A stretch of 64,000 nt of DNA from contig VMGY01000003.1 of the NCBI GenBank assembly GCA_007378955.1, forward strand, positions 26,264 to 90,263, in the 5' to 3' direction. The notes under the pieces are model-generated. The model saw only the letters and a list, made by a program, of their open reading frames with translations. It searched no databases and was not told the DNA's origin. The position numbers were made by a program, and so were the translations under genes. The DNA is from Parcubacteria group bacterium Athens0714_12. GTDB taxonomy: Bacteria; Patescibacteriota; Patescibacteriia; UBA2591; VMGY01. Every line of letters starts with the position of its first letter. Positions within the stretch are counted from its first letter, which is position 1. Positions 48,969-60,127 of the stretch are shown here, one piece after another.

Positions 48969-50009
48969 ATGGTTAATCCGTTTATTTCTAAAAGAGTAAT
49001 TTTTCCTCCAAGCGAACAAAAAAAATTTATTATTGAAAATAAAAAAACTCTTGATTTATCAGATGAAAAACTGGCTTATTTATTAAAAATCAACCATCGG
49101 ACATTAACTAACTGGAAACGAGAAAAATTTTCTATTTCATTAAAAGCAGTTAAAATTATTTTAAAAAAAACTGATGGGAAAATGCCAAAAAATGTGGAAA
49201 TTAAGGAGGCTTTTTGGTATGCAAACAAAGGTGCTAAATTAGGCGGATTGACTGTATATAAAAAATATGGGAAAATAGGCGGCGATCCAGAATATAGAAA
49301 AAAGAAATGGTATGAATGGTGGGAAAAAATCGGAAAATTTAATCCAAATGAATATTTTGTAGCCAAAAAAATTGTTATGCCTCAAAAAAATACGGATTTA
49401 GCTGAATTCATTGGGATTATGATAGGAGATGGCGGGATTACCAAAAATCAAATAACTGTAAGTCTTAATTATAAAACTGATAAACTTTACAGTATTTTTG
49501 TAAAAAATCTTATTAGAAAACTTTTTAAAATAAATCCGAGCATTTATATCAGAAAAAATCAATCCTTAACTAATATTGTTGTTTCACGAAAACGTTTAGT
49601 ATTATTTTGTAAATCTTTGGGTTTAAAAATTGGCGATAAATTAAAACAAAATTTAGATATTCCTCAATGGATTAAAAAAAATAAATCTTTCAAAATTTTC
49701 TGCTTAAGGGGCTTGATGGACACTGACGGTTGTATATTTAATGAATGCCATAAAATTAATGAAAAAAAATATTGCTATCATAGATTATCTTTTGTAAGTC
49801 ATTCAAAACAACTTCGTTCCTCAGTCTTTAAAATATTAGAAGAATTAGATTTTTCTCCAAAAATTCGCAATAATAGAAGTGTGCAATTAGAAAGTCGAAA
49901 AGATGTTATAAAATATTTTAATTTAATAAGCACTAATAATCCAAAACATAAGAAACGTTTTAAATATTTTTTAGGAGGGGTCGGGAGTGGTTGTCCCAAG
50001 CGGTCTTGA
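48969..50009 (+). CDS. free-standing double-motif LAGLIDADG endonuclease with N-terminal HTH-like region
   Basis: LAEFIGIMIGDGGI and CLRGLMDTDGCI motifs; ends inside tRNA-Ser. Confidence 0.85.
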   Translation: MVNPFISKRVIFPPSEQKKFIIENKKTLDLSDEKLAYLLKINHRTLTNWKREKFSISLKAVKIILKKTDGKMPKNVEIKEAFWYANKGAKLGGLTVYKKYGKIGGDPEYRKKKWYEWWEKIGKFNPNEYFVAKKIVMPQKNTDLAEFIGIMIGDGGITKNQITVSLNYKTDKLYSIFVKNLIRKLFKINPSIYIRKNQSLTNIVVSRKRLVLFCKSLGLKIGDKLKQNLDIPQWIKKNKSFKIFCLRGLMDTDGCIFNECHKINEKKYCYHRLSFVSHSKQLRSSVFKILEELDFSPKIRNNRSVQLESRKDVIKYFNLISTNNPKHKKRFKYFLGGVGSGCPKRS

Positions 50010-50062
50010 AAACCGCTAGGGCTGCAAGGCCCTCGTGGGTTCGAATCCCACCCCCTCCGCCA
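49974..50062 (+). tRNA. tRNA-Ser(TGA)
   Basis: GGAGGGG acceptor, loop CTTGAAA, long variable arm, CCA. Confidence 0.92.
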
Positions 50063-50096
50063 ATTTTCAGAATTAGAAAAACAGCCAAATAAATCA

Positions 50097-50187
50097 GGAG
50101 GAGTGCGGCGAATGGTAAGCCAGCAGTTTGCTAAACTGTAACCGTGTCAAAAGCGGTTTGTGGGTTCGACTCCCACCTCCTCCGCCA
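50097..50187 (+). tRNA. tRNA-Ser(GCT)
   Basis: Loop TTGCTAA, long variable arm, CCA. Confidence 0.92.
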
Positions 50188-50234
50188 TTAAACTTCGCCA
50201 AGATTTCGCTTAAATTATTAAGTTTATATAATTT

Positions 50235-50735
50235 ATGAAAGTTAAAGAAAAAAATTACGCTTTTATAGACAGCCAAAATCTTAATTTAGGAATTCGGAGT
50301 TTAGGTTGGAAATTGGATTACAAAAGATTTAAAGTTTATTTAAGCGAAAAATATAATATTGAAACAGCGTATTTATTTATTGGCTACATGCCAGAAAATC
50401 AGGATATTTATTCATCTTTGCAGGAAGCGGGTTATGTTTTAATTTTTAAGCCGACTTTGCCGGATAAAAACGGAGATGTTAAAGGCAATGTTGACGCTGA
50501 TTTGGTTTTGCAAGTTATGCTTGATTATATAAAATATGATAAAGCCATTATTGTAACAAGCGACGGCGATTTTTATTCGTTAGTTAAATATTTATACAAA
50601 CAAAACAAACTTAAATTTGTAATGAGCCCTTATGTAAAAACTTGCTCTGCATTATTGAAAAAAACCGCTAAAGAAAAAATTATTTTTATGGCTAATTTAA
50701 AAAAGAAATTAGAGTATAAAGAAAAACACCGCTAA
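50235..50735 (+). CDS. NYN/LabA-like PIN-fold protein
   Basis: AFIDSQNL, KGNVDADLV, VTSDGDF. Confidence 0.88.
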   Translation: MKVKEKNYAFIDSQNLNLGIRSLGWKLDYKRFKVYLSEKYNIETAYLFIGYMPENQDIYSSLQEAGYVLIFKPTLPDKNGDVKGNVDADLVLQVMLDYIKYDKAIIVTSDGDFYSLVKYLYKQNKLKFVMSPYVKTCSALLKKTAKEKIIFMANLKKKLEYKEKHR

Positions 50736-50817
50736 GGGACAGAACCTATAGAGGTGCTTTTCATATGTATTCTATTTTAGAGAATAGCAAGTTTTATCCA
50801 CAGTGTCAAATTTATAT

Positions 50818-51318
50818 ATGCCTAAAAAAATACAAGAAAAAAATGAGCGCGGCAAAATTTTAAACCAATGGAATTTTTCACAAATTCCCCAATACAAAAG
50901 AACGAAATCCTGGTATCTTTGGCTTGGCATTATCAGCGCCGGATTATTTATTTACGCCCTTTCTTCTTTGAATTTGCTTTTTGCTTTTTTTATTATTTTG
51001 GCGGACATTATTCTTGTTTTTGCCAATAATAATAAATTATCAAATATAAAAATTTCCATCGCTGAAGACGGTTTGGAAGTCGGCAAAAATTTTTATCCTT
51101 TTAACGACTTTGAAAAATTCTGGCTTGTCTATGAACCACCGGAAACAAAAAAACTCTATTTTGAATTTAAAAATAAATTCCGGCCTTTTTTGATTATTCT
51201 TTTGGAAAATCAAAATCCTGCTAAAATACGGCAAACTCTTTCAAAATACTTAACCGAAGACTTGGAAAAAGAAAATGAGTCTTTGGGCGAGCAAATGGAA
51301 AAATGGCTGAAAATATAA
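50818..51318 (+). CDS. hypothetical membrane protein
   Basis: Two TM segments followed by a soluble domain; ATG at 50818. Confidence 0.7.
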   Translation: MPKKIQEKNERGKILNQWNFSQIPQYKRTKSWYLWLGIISAGLFIYALSSLNLLFAFFIILADIILVFANNNKLSNIKISIAEDGLEVGKNFYPFNDFEKFWLVYEPPETKKLYFEFKNKFRPFLIILLENQNPAKIRQTLSKYLTEDLEKENESLGEQMEKWLKI

Positions 51319-51324
51319 TTATTC

Positions 51325-51399
51325 GCCCCTATAGTCTAATGGATAGAACACAAGCTTGCGGAGCTTGAGATGTAGGTTCGATTCCTACTGGGGGCACCA
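51325..51399 (+). tRNA. tRNA-Arg(GCG)
   Basis: Stem CAAGC/GCTTG, loop TTGCGGA, CCA. Confidence 0.9.
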
Positions 51400-51568
51400 A
51401 ATTGGACTTCGCGATTTTTTGCGGGGGGATTTTTTCGGAAAAATGCGTTCGGACTAATTCAAGAATACTGCACCAAGGATAACTTATAACTAAATTACGA
51501 AATACTAGGAATGCCGCATCCTCCCTCCTTTCCAAAAAATTGGAAATTAATATCATCAATTTTATTTA

Positions 51569-53656
51569 ATGCTCACTTCACAATCGCCTATTTCCCAGCT
51601 CCCGCGAGTGGGAAAAAGTTTAAGCAATAAATTAAAACGGCTCGAGATCTCAACTTTAGAAGATCTTATTTTTTATTATCCTTTCCGCTATGACGATTTA
51701 ACTAAAATTACGCCTATCGCCAAAATAATTCCCGGCCAAATTTTTACGGTAAGGGGAAAAATTCTTGTCATTGCCAACCGCCGAACTCCTTTAAAAAGAA
51801 AAATTATCACGGAAGCGATTATCACCGACCATTCCGGCTCCGTGAAAGCGATCTGGTTTTCCCAGCCATTTTTAACAAAAACTTTAAAGCCGGGAGAAAA
51901 TGTTTATTTTTCCGGCAAAACGGAAACCGGCCAAAACGGCCTTTATTTTTCCAATCCGGTTTACGAAAAAATCACTGAATGGAAAAAAGAAACTCTGCAT
52001 ACCGCCCGACTTGTCCCTATTTATTCTTTAAAAGATAAAATAACGCAAAAACAATTTCGCTTCTTAATCAAACAGTCTTTGCCTTACGGCAAATTAATTT
52101 ACGATTGGCTGCCTTTGGAAATTAAAAAAAACCTTACTTTGGCGGATTTAAATTTTTGCCTCAAGCAAATTCACTTTCCTGAAAATAATTATTATTTGGA
52201 AAAAGCGATTTACAGAATAAAATTCAATGAATTATTTTTACTCCAGCTTCAAGGCCAAAAAATCAAAAAAGACCTGCAAAAATTAAAAGCGGAAAAAATT
52301 GATTTTCATTTGAAGGAAACAAAAAAATTCACTTCTTCCCTGCCTTTTAAATTGACTGACAGCCAAAGAAAATCAAGTTGGGAAATTTTGCGCGACTTGC
52401 AAAAAGAAACGCCGATGAACCGGCTTTTGGAAGGCGATGTCGGCTCCGGCAAAACCTTGGTCGCGGCGATTATTTCTTTAAATAATGCTTTATCCGGCTT
52501 TCAGACCGCTTTCATGGCGCCGACGGAAATTTTAGCCAAACAGCATTTTAAAACTTTAAACAAAGTTTTTAAAAATTATAAAATTAAAATCGCTTTATTC
52601 ACCCGGACTGACAAAAAAATTCAAAACAAAAATAAAATTTCGGAAATTAAAAAATCAGCTTTAATTAAAAAAATATCCGAAGGGGAAATTCAAATTATTG
52701 TCGGCACTCACGCCTTAATCCAAAAAGAAATTGAATTTAAAAATCTTTCCTTGGTGATTGTTGACGAACAGCATCGTTTTGGCGTTGAACAAAGAGCGAT
52801 TTTGACTAAAAAATCAAAAACTCATAAATTTCCTCATTTTTTATCAATGACCGCTACGCCGATTCCCCGCTCCTTGGCCTTGACTTTATATGGCGATTTA
52901 GACCTTTCAGTGATTAATGAAATGCCCAAAGGCAGAAAAAAAATCATCACTAAAATCGTCAGTCCGCAAGATAGGACAAAAGCAAACCAATTTATCAGAA
53001 AAGAAATCGAAAAAGGCAGGCAAGTTTTTATTATCTGCCCTTTAATAGAAGAGTCTGATTTATTGGGCGTCAAAGCAACGACAATTGAATACGAAAGATT
53101 AAAAAAAGAAATTTTTCCCGATTTAAAAATCGGTTTGCTTCACGGCAAAATGAAAACGCGGGAAAAAGAAAAAATCAGATTGGAATTTTTGGAAAATAAA
53201 ATTAATATTTTAGTCGCCACTTCAATGGTTGAAGTCGGGGTAGATATCCCCAATGCTTCGGTGATGGTAATAGAAGGCGCGGAAAGATTCGGACTTGCCC
53301 AGCTTTACCAATTCAGGGGAAGAGTCGGCAGAAGCGAATATCAAAGTTATTGTTTTCTTTTCGCCGAATCAAACAGCTTAAATGCCAAACAAAGGCTGAA
53401 TGCCTTGCTAACCGCTAAAAACGGATTTGAACTGGCGGAAAAAGATTTGGAAATCCGCGGCGCCGGAGAAATTTACGGCGTTAAACAAAGCGGTTTTTTA
53501 TCCTGTTTAAAATTAGCGAAATTAACTGATTATAAAATTATTATTGAAGCGAAAAAATGGGCGATGAAAATCATCAATCAAGATCCTGAATTATCGGCGT
53601 ATCCGAATTTAAAAGAAAAATTAATTGAATTGGATAAAATTATCCATTTGGAATAA
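51569..53656 (+). CDS. recG: ATP-dependent DNA helicase RecG
   Basis: MNRLLEGDVGSGKT, DEQHRFGV, MTATPIPRS, QFRGRVGR. Confidence 0.96.
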   Translation: MLTSQSPISQLPRVGKSLSNKLKRLEISTLEDLIFYYPFRYDDLTKITPIAKIIPGQIFTVRGKILVIANRRTPLKRKIITEAIITDHSGSVKAIWFSQPFLTKTLKPGENVYFSGKTETGQNGLYFSNPVYEKITEWKKETLHTARLVPIYSLKDKITQKQFRFLIKQSLPYGKLIYDWLPLEIKKNLTLADLNFCLKQIHFPENNYYLEKAIYRIKFNELFLLQLQGQKIKKDLQKLKAEKIDFHLKETKKFTSSLPFKLTDSQRKSSWEILRDLQKETPMNRLLEGDVGSGKTLVAAIISLNNALSGFQTAFMAPTEILAKQHFKTLNKVFKNYKIKIALFTRTDKKIQNKNKISEIKKSALIKKISEGEIQIIVGTHALIQKEIEFKNLSLVIVDEQHRFGVEQRAILTKKSKTHKFPHFLSMTATPIPRSLALTLYGDLDLSVINEMPKGRKKIITKIVSPQDRTKANQFIRKEIEKGRQVFIICPLIEESDLLGVKATTIEYERLKKEIFPDLKIGLLHGKMKTREKEKIRLEFLENKINILVATSMVEVGVDIPNASVMVIEGAERFGLAQLYQFRGRVGRSEYQSYCFLFAESNSLNAKQRLNALLTAKNGFELAEKDLEIRGAGEIYGVKQSGFLSCLKLAKLTDYKIIIEAKKWAMKIINQDPELSAYPNLKEKLIELDKIIHLE

Positions 53657-53737
53657 ATTCCGCGCCTTTTAGATTATGTAGTAAAACCTGCGCGTAAAAG
53701 CGCGAAATAAATTTAAATTTTATAAATTTTTTATAAT

Positions 53738-53767
53738 AAAAAAACTGGACAAAAGGCCAGTTTTTTT
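53738..53767. terminator. bidirectional terminator between recG and the 16S-tRNA-Ile unit
   Basis: AAAAAAACTGG...CCAGTTTTTTT. Confidence 0.65.
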
Positions 53768-53825
53768 ATTTATCTTTTTTAAAAATTAATCTAAAATATT
53801 ATTAATTGCTAATTTAAAATTTATC

Positions 53826-53902
53826 TGGTGGGCGATTCAGGATTCGAACCTGAGACCTCGTCATTATCAGTGACGCGCTCTAACCAACTGAGCTAATCGC
53901 CC
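53826..53902 (-). tRNA. tRNA-Ile(GAT)
   Basis: Loop CTGATAA, CCA; downstream of 16S. Confidence 0.95.
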
Positions 53903-54124
53903 AAACAACTTATAACTGATAACTAACAACTGATAACAATAAGATAACAAAAAAAATTGGCTCTGGCAAGACCAATTTTCTATTTTGACAACTAAAAAGT
54001 GATTGTAAGAATGCCTATTGTATTTAAACGAAGTTAATCAAAGATTAAACTTTAGCTTTTTATTTAAATTAAACAAAAAACTATCGACAACGGCAATTAT
54101 AAATTGCCGCCTTTTTCTCCCTAG

Positions 54125-55666
<1,542 letters not shown>

Positions 55667-55794
55667 TAATTAGTTTAAAAAACTAATTATCACAAAAAAA
55701 TAGACATTCTTACTTTTGCAAAATTCTCGCAAATTTTGCAAAACACAATCACTTTCTAATTGTCAAAGTACTTTTTCCATTTCTACATTTCTAT

Positions 55795-55822
55795 ATTATA
55801 TAACAAACTATAATACTGTCAA
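55795..55822 (-). promoter_or_regulatory. 16S promoter
   Basis: TTGACA-16-TATAAT; boxA-like TACTTTGACAAT downstream. Confidence 0.65.
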
Positions 55823-55839
55823 GTCTTTTTAAAACCCGC

Positions 55840-56550
55840 TTATTTTCTTTTGATTTTTTTGCGTCCTTCTCGCCAGTCCTGAATTTTTTTATGGTCGCCG
55901 GAAAGCAGAATTTTAGGGACTTTGTGTTTTAAATTTTTGTTAAACAAAAAAATTTCAGGCCTGGTATATTGCGGATATTCCAGAGTAACTTTTAAATTTT
56001 TACTCTTAAATTTTGACTGGTTAAAACTCTCTTCTTTTAAAGATTCTTGATTGCCTAAAACTCCGGGAATTAATCTCGTCACCGCGTCAATAATAACCAT
56101 CGCCCCTAATTCGCCGCCGCTTAAAACATAATCGCCGATGGAAATTTCTTCGTCTATTAATTTTTTCACCCTTTCATCCACTCCTTCATAATGGCCGCAA
56201 ATAAAAATTATTCTGTCTAATTTAGAATATTTTTCAGCCGTCTTTTGATTAAAAGTTTTGCCTCTGGGGCTAAGCAAAATAATTTTTTGCTTATTTTTTC
56301 GGCCGGCGAATTTTACCTCCTTTTTTTTAACTGCTTCTAATGCCTGATAAATCGGTTCTATTTTCATCACCATGCCCGGTCCGCCGCCATAAGGTTTATC
56401 ATCAACTTTTTTATGTTTATCATTAGTATAATCTCTTATATTATATTCCTTAATAACAATCAATCCTTTTTTTTGAGCTCTTTTAATAATGCTCAAATTA
56501 AAATAAGAATCAAAAGCAGAAGGAAAAATTGTCAGGATATCAAATTTCAT
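55840..56550 (-). CDS. trmD: tRNA (guanine37-N1)-methyltransferase
   Basis: [43 protein letters not shown]; likely start MKFDIL. Confidence 0.96.
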   Translation of the reverse strand: MKFDILTIFPSAFDSYFNLSIIKRAQKKGLIVIKEYNIRDYTNDKHKKVDDKPYGGGPGMVMKIEPIYQALEAVKKKEVKFAGRKNKQKIILLSPRGKTFNQKTAEKYSKLDRIIFICGHYEGVDERVKKLIDEEISIGDYVLSGGELGAMVIIDAVTRLIPGVLGNQESLKEESFNQSKFKSKNLKVTLEYPQYTRPEIFLFNKNLKHKVPKILLSGDHKKIQDWREGRKKIKRK

Positions 56551-56634
56551 AATTATATTTGAAAACAAAGACCGCGATTTCCACCGCAGTCTTTGTTTTT
56601 ATTTCTATAAAACAATTAGTTTTACTTGATAAAA

Positions 56635-56949
56635 TTAAAGTTTTAATTCTTCAACGTCTTCGCTAATCGGTCTTCTTTCTCTTCTGGCGGCTTGCGCGCC
56701 TTCTGGTTCGTAAATCTTTAAGTTGACTCTGGCATTATTTTTCGCTCCCACTATTTTTACCAAAGTTCTTAAAGCGCGAGCGTTCTGACCTTGTCTGCCG
56801 ATGATTTGGCCCATATCCTCTTGATTAATTTTCAGAGTGATAAGAACGCCCATTTCATCTACAGTTCTTTCGGTTGAAACATCTTCGGGATGACTGACTA
56901 AATTTTTTACGATATACTCTACAAATTCTTGGTCTTTTGCTTTAGCCAT
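56635..56949 (-). CDS. khpA: KH domain RNA-binding protein
   Basis: DMGQIIGRQGQNARALRT; between rpsP and trmD. Confidence 0.88.
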   Translation of the reverse strand: MAKAKDQEFVEYIVKNLVSHPEDVSTERTVDEMGVLITLKINQEDMGQIIGRQGQNARALRTLVKIVGAKNNARVNLKIYEPEGAQAARRERRPISEDVEELKL

Positions 56950-57035
56950 TTTTACCTTTTTCTATCCTTCCTTTTTTATCTCGCTTAATTGCTTTTTGAC
57001 GTTTAAGCTGATAGTTTAGGGAAAGATTTATCTTC

Positions 57036-57092
57036 GCCCCGTGAAATAATCCGCCACGAAAGCAGATTCTCGCCCTGTGGGATTCCACCGGG
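57036..57092. repeat. CCCCGTGAAAT-family palindrome in the khpA leader
   Basis: GCCCCGTGAAAT...ATTCCACCGGG; same left end as 22100. Confidence 0.5.
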
Positions 57093-57238
57093 TTAACTTA
57101 ACTTGTATCTTATCACCAGACTGCCGACCATTTAGAGCGCTAGTTTTTCTTAACCACTAGCCTGCTATTTTCAGACTGGTTCTTAAGTTTAAGGATAACA
57201 AATCGCTTAAAATTGTCAAATTAAAAAAATCCTTACTT

Positions 57239-57601
57239 TTAAACTTTTAGAGTTGTTTCTTTTTTTTCCGTAATTTCTGGAGAAACTGTCTTTTTTTCTT
57301 CCGCGATAGGCTGATTTCCGCCAGCTTCTTTTTTATTTTTTGACTTAGCTAATTTAATTTTAACTCCAGCGATTACTTTATCTTCTATTAATAAATTATG
57401 GACCGTCTCCGAAGTCTGAGCTCCTTTAGAAAGCCAATATTTTATTCTTTCTTTTTTCAACTCTCTTTTTTTAGTGAAAGGATTGTAATAACCCAAGTCT
57501 TCCAAAAAATCCCCCCATGGATCTTTTTTCTTTTCTAAAACTATGATCCGATAAGAGGGTTGTTTCTTTTTTCCAATTCTTGAAAATTTTATGCTTAACA
57601 T
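57239..57601 (-). CDS. rpsP: 30S ribosomal protein S16
   Basis: RIGKKKQPSYRIIV, LGYYNP, YWLSKGAQ.SETV. Confidence 0.95.
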   Translation of the reverse strand: MLSIKFSRIGKKKQPSYRIIVLEKKKDPWGDFLEDLGYYNPFTKKRELKKERIKYWLSKGAQTSETVHNLLIEDKVIAGVKIKLAKSKNKKEAGGNQPIAEEKKTVSPEITEKKETTLKV

Positions 57602-57635
57602 AATGGATTAAAATTAGCACAAGATAAAAATAAGG

Positions 57636-59870
57636 TCAAGACACAACTTCCTTTATGTCTTCCAGTTTCAAGCTTAATAATCTTGAAACTCCATTTTCTC
57701 CCATGGTTACGCCATAAAGAATTTTCGCTTTTTCCATGGTCGCCCGATTATGGGTAATAACAATAAATTGGCTTTGGTGAGCCAAGCCGGTCAAAATATC
57801 GGAAAACTTTGTTGAATTAATTTCATCCAAAGCGGCGTCAACTTCATCAAGAATGACAAAAGGGGAAGGATTGCAGGAAATTATAGCGCAAATTAAAGCC
57901 AATGAAGTCAAGGCGCGCTCTCCTCCTGAAAGCAAATTTATATTTTTTAAGCGCTTGCCCGGCGGTGTCGCTTGTATATCAATACCAGTATAACTATAGC
58001 CTTTATTCTCGTTAAAATCAGGGTTTATTAAAAATCCCCCGTCTTCATTAACCGCGGGAATTTGTTCAATCTCGCTTTTTTGCAAAACCAATTTTGCCGC
58101 GCCGCCGTCAAATAAAATTTTAAAATATTTTTCAAACCCCTGATTAATAAGGTTAAAACTGGTGTTAAATTGTTTCTTGATCATCGCGTCTAATTCTTTT
58201 ATTACTTTTTCTAAATTCTTAGTCGCGTTTTTCAAGTCATTTGTTTGGAAAAAAAGAAAATCAAACCGCTCTTTAATTTCTTGATATTCTTTATTGACCT
58301 CCGGGTCAATGCCGCCAATCACCTCCAAAGAACTTTTCAAGCGATGAATTTCCGATAAAAAACTATAAGCGTCAAAATTGTCTTCTAAAATTTGATTTTC
58401 CAATTCTTCAAAACTTTTTAACTCTTCCAAGATTTCATTTTTTAAATCTTCTCTTCTTGTCTCTATCTTGGTTGATTCAACTCTTGTTTCATTATTTAAA
58501 AAGTTTGCTTTATTAAATTCATTTTGCTTGTCTTGAAAATTTTTTTGCAAATCAAATAATTTTTGCATCTCGCCTTGTTCCGCGTTTTTATATTTTTTAA
58601 TTTTTTCGGCGATCAAGATTAATTTTTCCTCCTTCTCTTCTATTAATTCAAGCATCTTCTTAAGCTCGCTTTCAATTAAACTGATTTTTTCCTCGCTGCG
58701 GCCGTCCTTAATTTTAGATTTTTTCATTCTTAAAATCAATCTTGATATTTCCCGGGAAATTAAATTGATTTCTTGTTTTATCTCTTCCAATTCCTCCAAT
58801 CTTTCCACGCGGTCTAAATTCATAATCAAATTATGGTGCGATTTTTCTATTTCTTCTAATTTTTGCGAAATTTCTTGCATTTCTTGGGGTAAAAAAACGG
58901 GCAAAGAAATATTTTCTTTCGTTCTTTCTTTTTCTATTTCCATTCTTCCTTCAAGAATGGCTTGCTGCTTTAAAAAATTATTTTTAGCTTCTAAAATTTT
59001 TTGATAATCTTCTTCCAGCATTACTACTTCTTTATTCTCTATTTTTAAACTTGATAAATTTTTCATTTTTTCCTGAATTTCCGCGAGTTCTTTTTCAACT
59101 CTTTGATAATTCTGCTCGCTTTTGTTTAAATCCTGCCTCCGCTGTTCATAATTGCCGTCAATATTACGCCAAAGATGATAATAATATTTTTTCTGAGATT
59201 CTTTTAATATTCGCTCTACCTCTTCTCTCTTTTCCAATCTTTTCACTTGCCTTGTCAAAGACTTAAGATGAGGTTCTATTTCCTGCATCATAATTTCCAC
59301 CTTTTTCAAATTTTCTTTGGTTGCTTCCAATTTTAATAAAGTTTGCTCCCTTTTTATTTGATACTGCTTGACCCCGGCCGCTTCATTAAAAAATTCTCTT
59401 CTTTCCTGGGGGCTGGCGAGAAGAATAGAGTCAATTGTCCCTTGGCTGATAATGCTATAACTTTTTTGGCCAAAATTAGACTTCGCCAAAAGCAGAAGAA
59501 TATCCTGCAGCCTGACTCTTGATTTATTGATTAAATATTCGCTTTCCCCATTGCGATAAAGACGGCGCGTTATTACTATCTCGGAATAATCTATCGGCGC
59601 TTTTCTATCTTCATTATTCAAATATAAAGAGACTTGGGCGAATCCCACTCTGGCTAATTGAATCGAGCCGGCAAAAATTATATCTTCGGATTTTTTTCCT
59701 CTTAACGCTTTTAAGCTTTGCTCTCCTAAAACCCATCTTACCGCGTCTGAAATATTGCTTTTGCCGCTGCCATTAGGCCCGACAATGCAAATAATGCCGG
59801 GAAAAAATTTTAAGGTTGTCTTGTGAACAAATGATTTAAAGCCGAGAATTTCTATTTTTTCTAAAAACAT
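57636..59870 (-). CDS. smc: SMC-family chromosome segregation ATPase, short form
   Basis: GFKSF, GPNGSGKSN, WVLGEQS, LSGGE, LDEVDAALD; only 744 aa. Confidence 0.88.
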   Translation of the reverse strand: MFLEKIEILGFKSFVHKTTLKFFPGIICIVGPNGSGKSNISDAVRWVLGEQSLKALRGKKSEDIIFAGSIQLARVGFAQVSLYLNNEDRKAPIDYSEIVITRRLYRNGESEYLINKSRVRLQDILLLLAKSNFGQKSYSIISQGTIDSILLASPQERREFFNEAAGVKQYQIKREQTLLKLEATKENLKKVEIMMQEIEPHLKSLTRQVKRLEKREEVERILKESQKKYYYHLWRNIDGNYEQRRQDLNKSEQNYQRVEKELAEIQEKMKNLSSLKIENKEVVMLEEDYQKILEAKNNFLKQQAILEGRMEIEKERTKENISLPVFLPQEMQEISQKLEEIEKSHHNLIMNLDRVERLEELEEIKQEINLISREISRLILRMKKSKIKDGRSEEKISLIESELKKMLELIEEKEEKLILIAEKIKKYKNAEQGEMQKLFDLQKNFQDKQNEFNKANFLNNETRVESTKIETRREDLKNEILEELKSFEELENQILEDNFDAYSFLSEIHRLKSSLEVIGGIDPEVNKEYQEIKERFDFLFFQTNDLKNATKNLEKVIKELDAMIKKQFNTSFNLINQGFEKYFKILFDGGAAKLVLQKSEIEQIPAVNEDGGFLINPDFNENKGYSYTGIDIQATPPGKRLKNINLLSGGERALTSLALICAIISCNPSPFVILDEVDAALDEINSTKFSDILTGLAHQSQFIVITHNRATMEKAKILYGVTMGENGVSRLLSLKLEDIKEVVS

Positions 59871-59980
59871 AAATTAAAAAATTCTAAATCCAATATCAAA
59901 ATTCGAAATTTAAAATCAAATTATTTTTATATTTTAACATTTAAAAAATATATAAACAAGAAGAGAGAGTTATTCTCTCT

Positions 59981-60112
59981 CTATTCTTTGTTTTTAATTT
60001 TTTCCTCCCGCTTATCTAAAATTTTTTCTAAAAAAGAAGATATTTTTGAAGCTGCCGCGCAATAAATGAAATAAACTATTAGTCCGATTAAGGCAATAAT
60101 TATAATCTTCAT
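59981..60112 (-). CDS. 43-aa single-TM peptide
   Basis: MKIIIIALIGLIVYFIYC...; GGGAGG SD; hairpin 59961-59982 downstream. Confidence 0.5.
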   Translation of the reverse strand: MKIIIIALIGLIVYFIYCAAASKISSFLEKILDKREEKIKNKE

Positions 60113-60127
60113 TCGCGCCCTCCCTTT

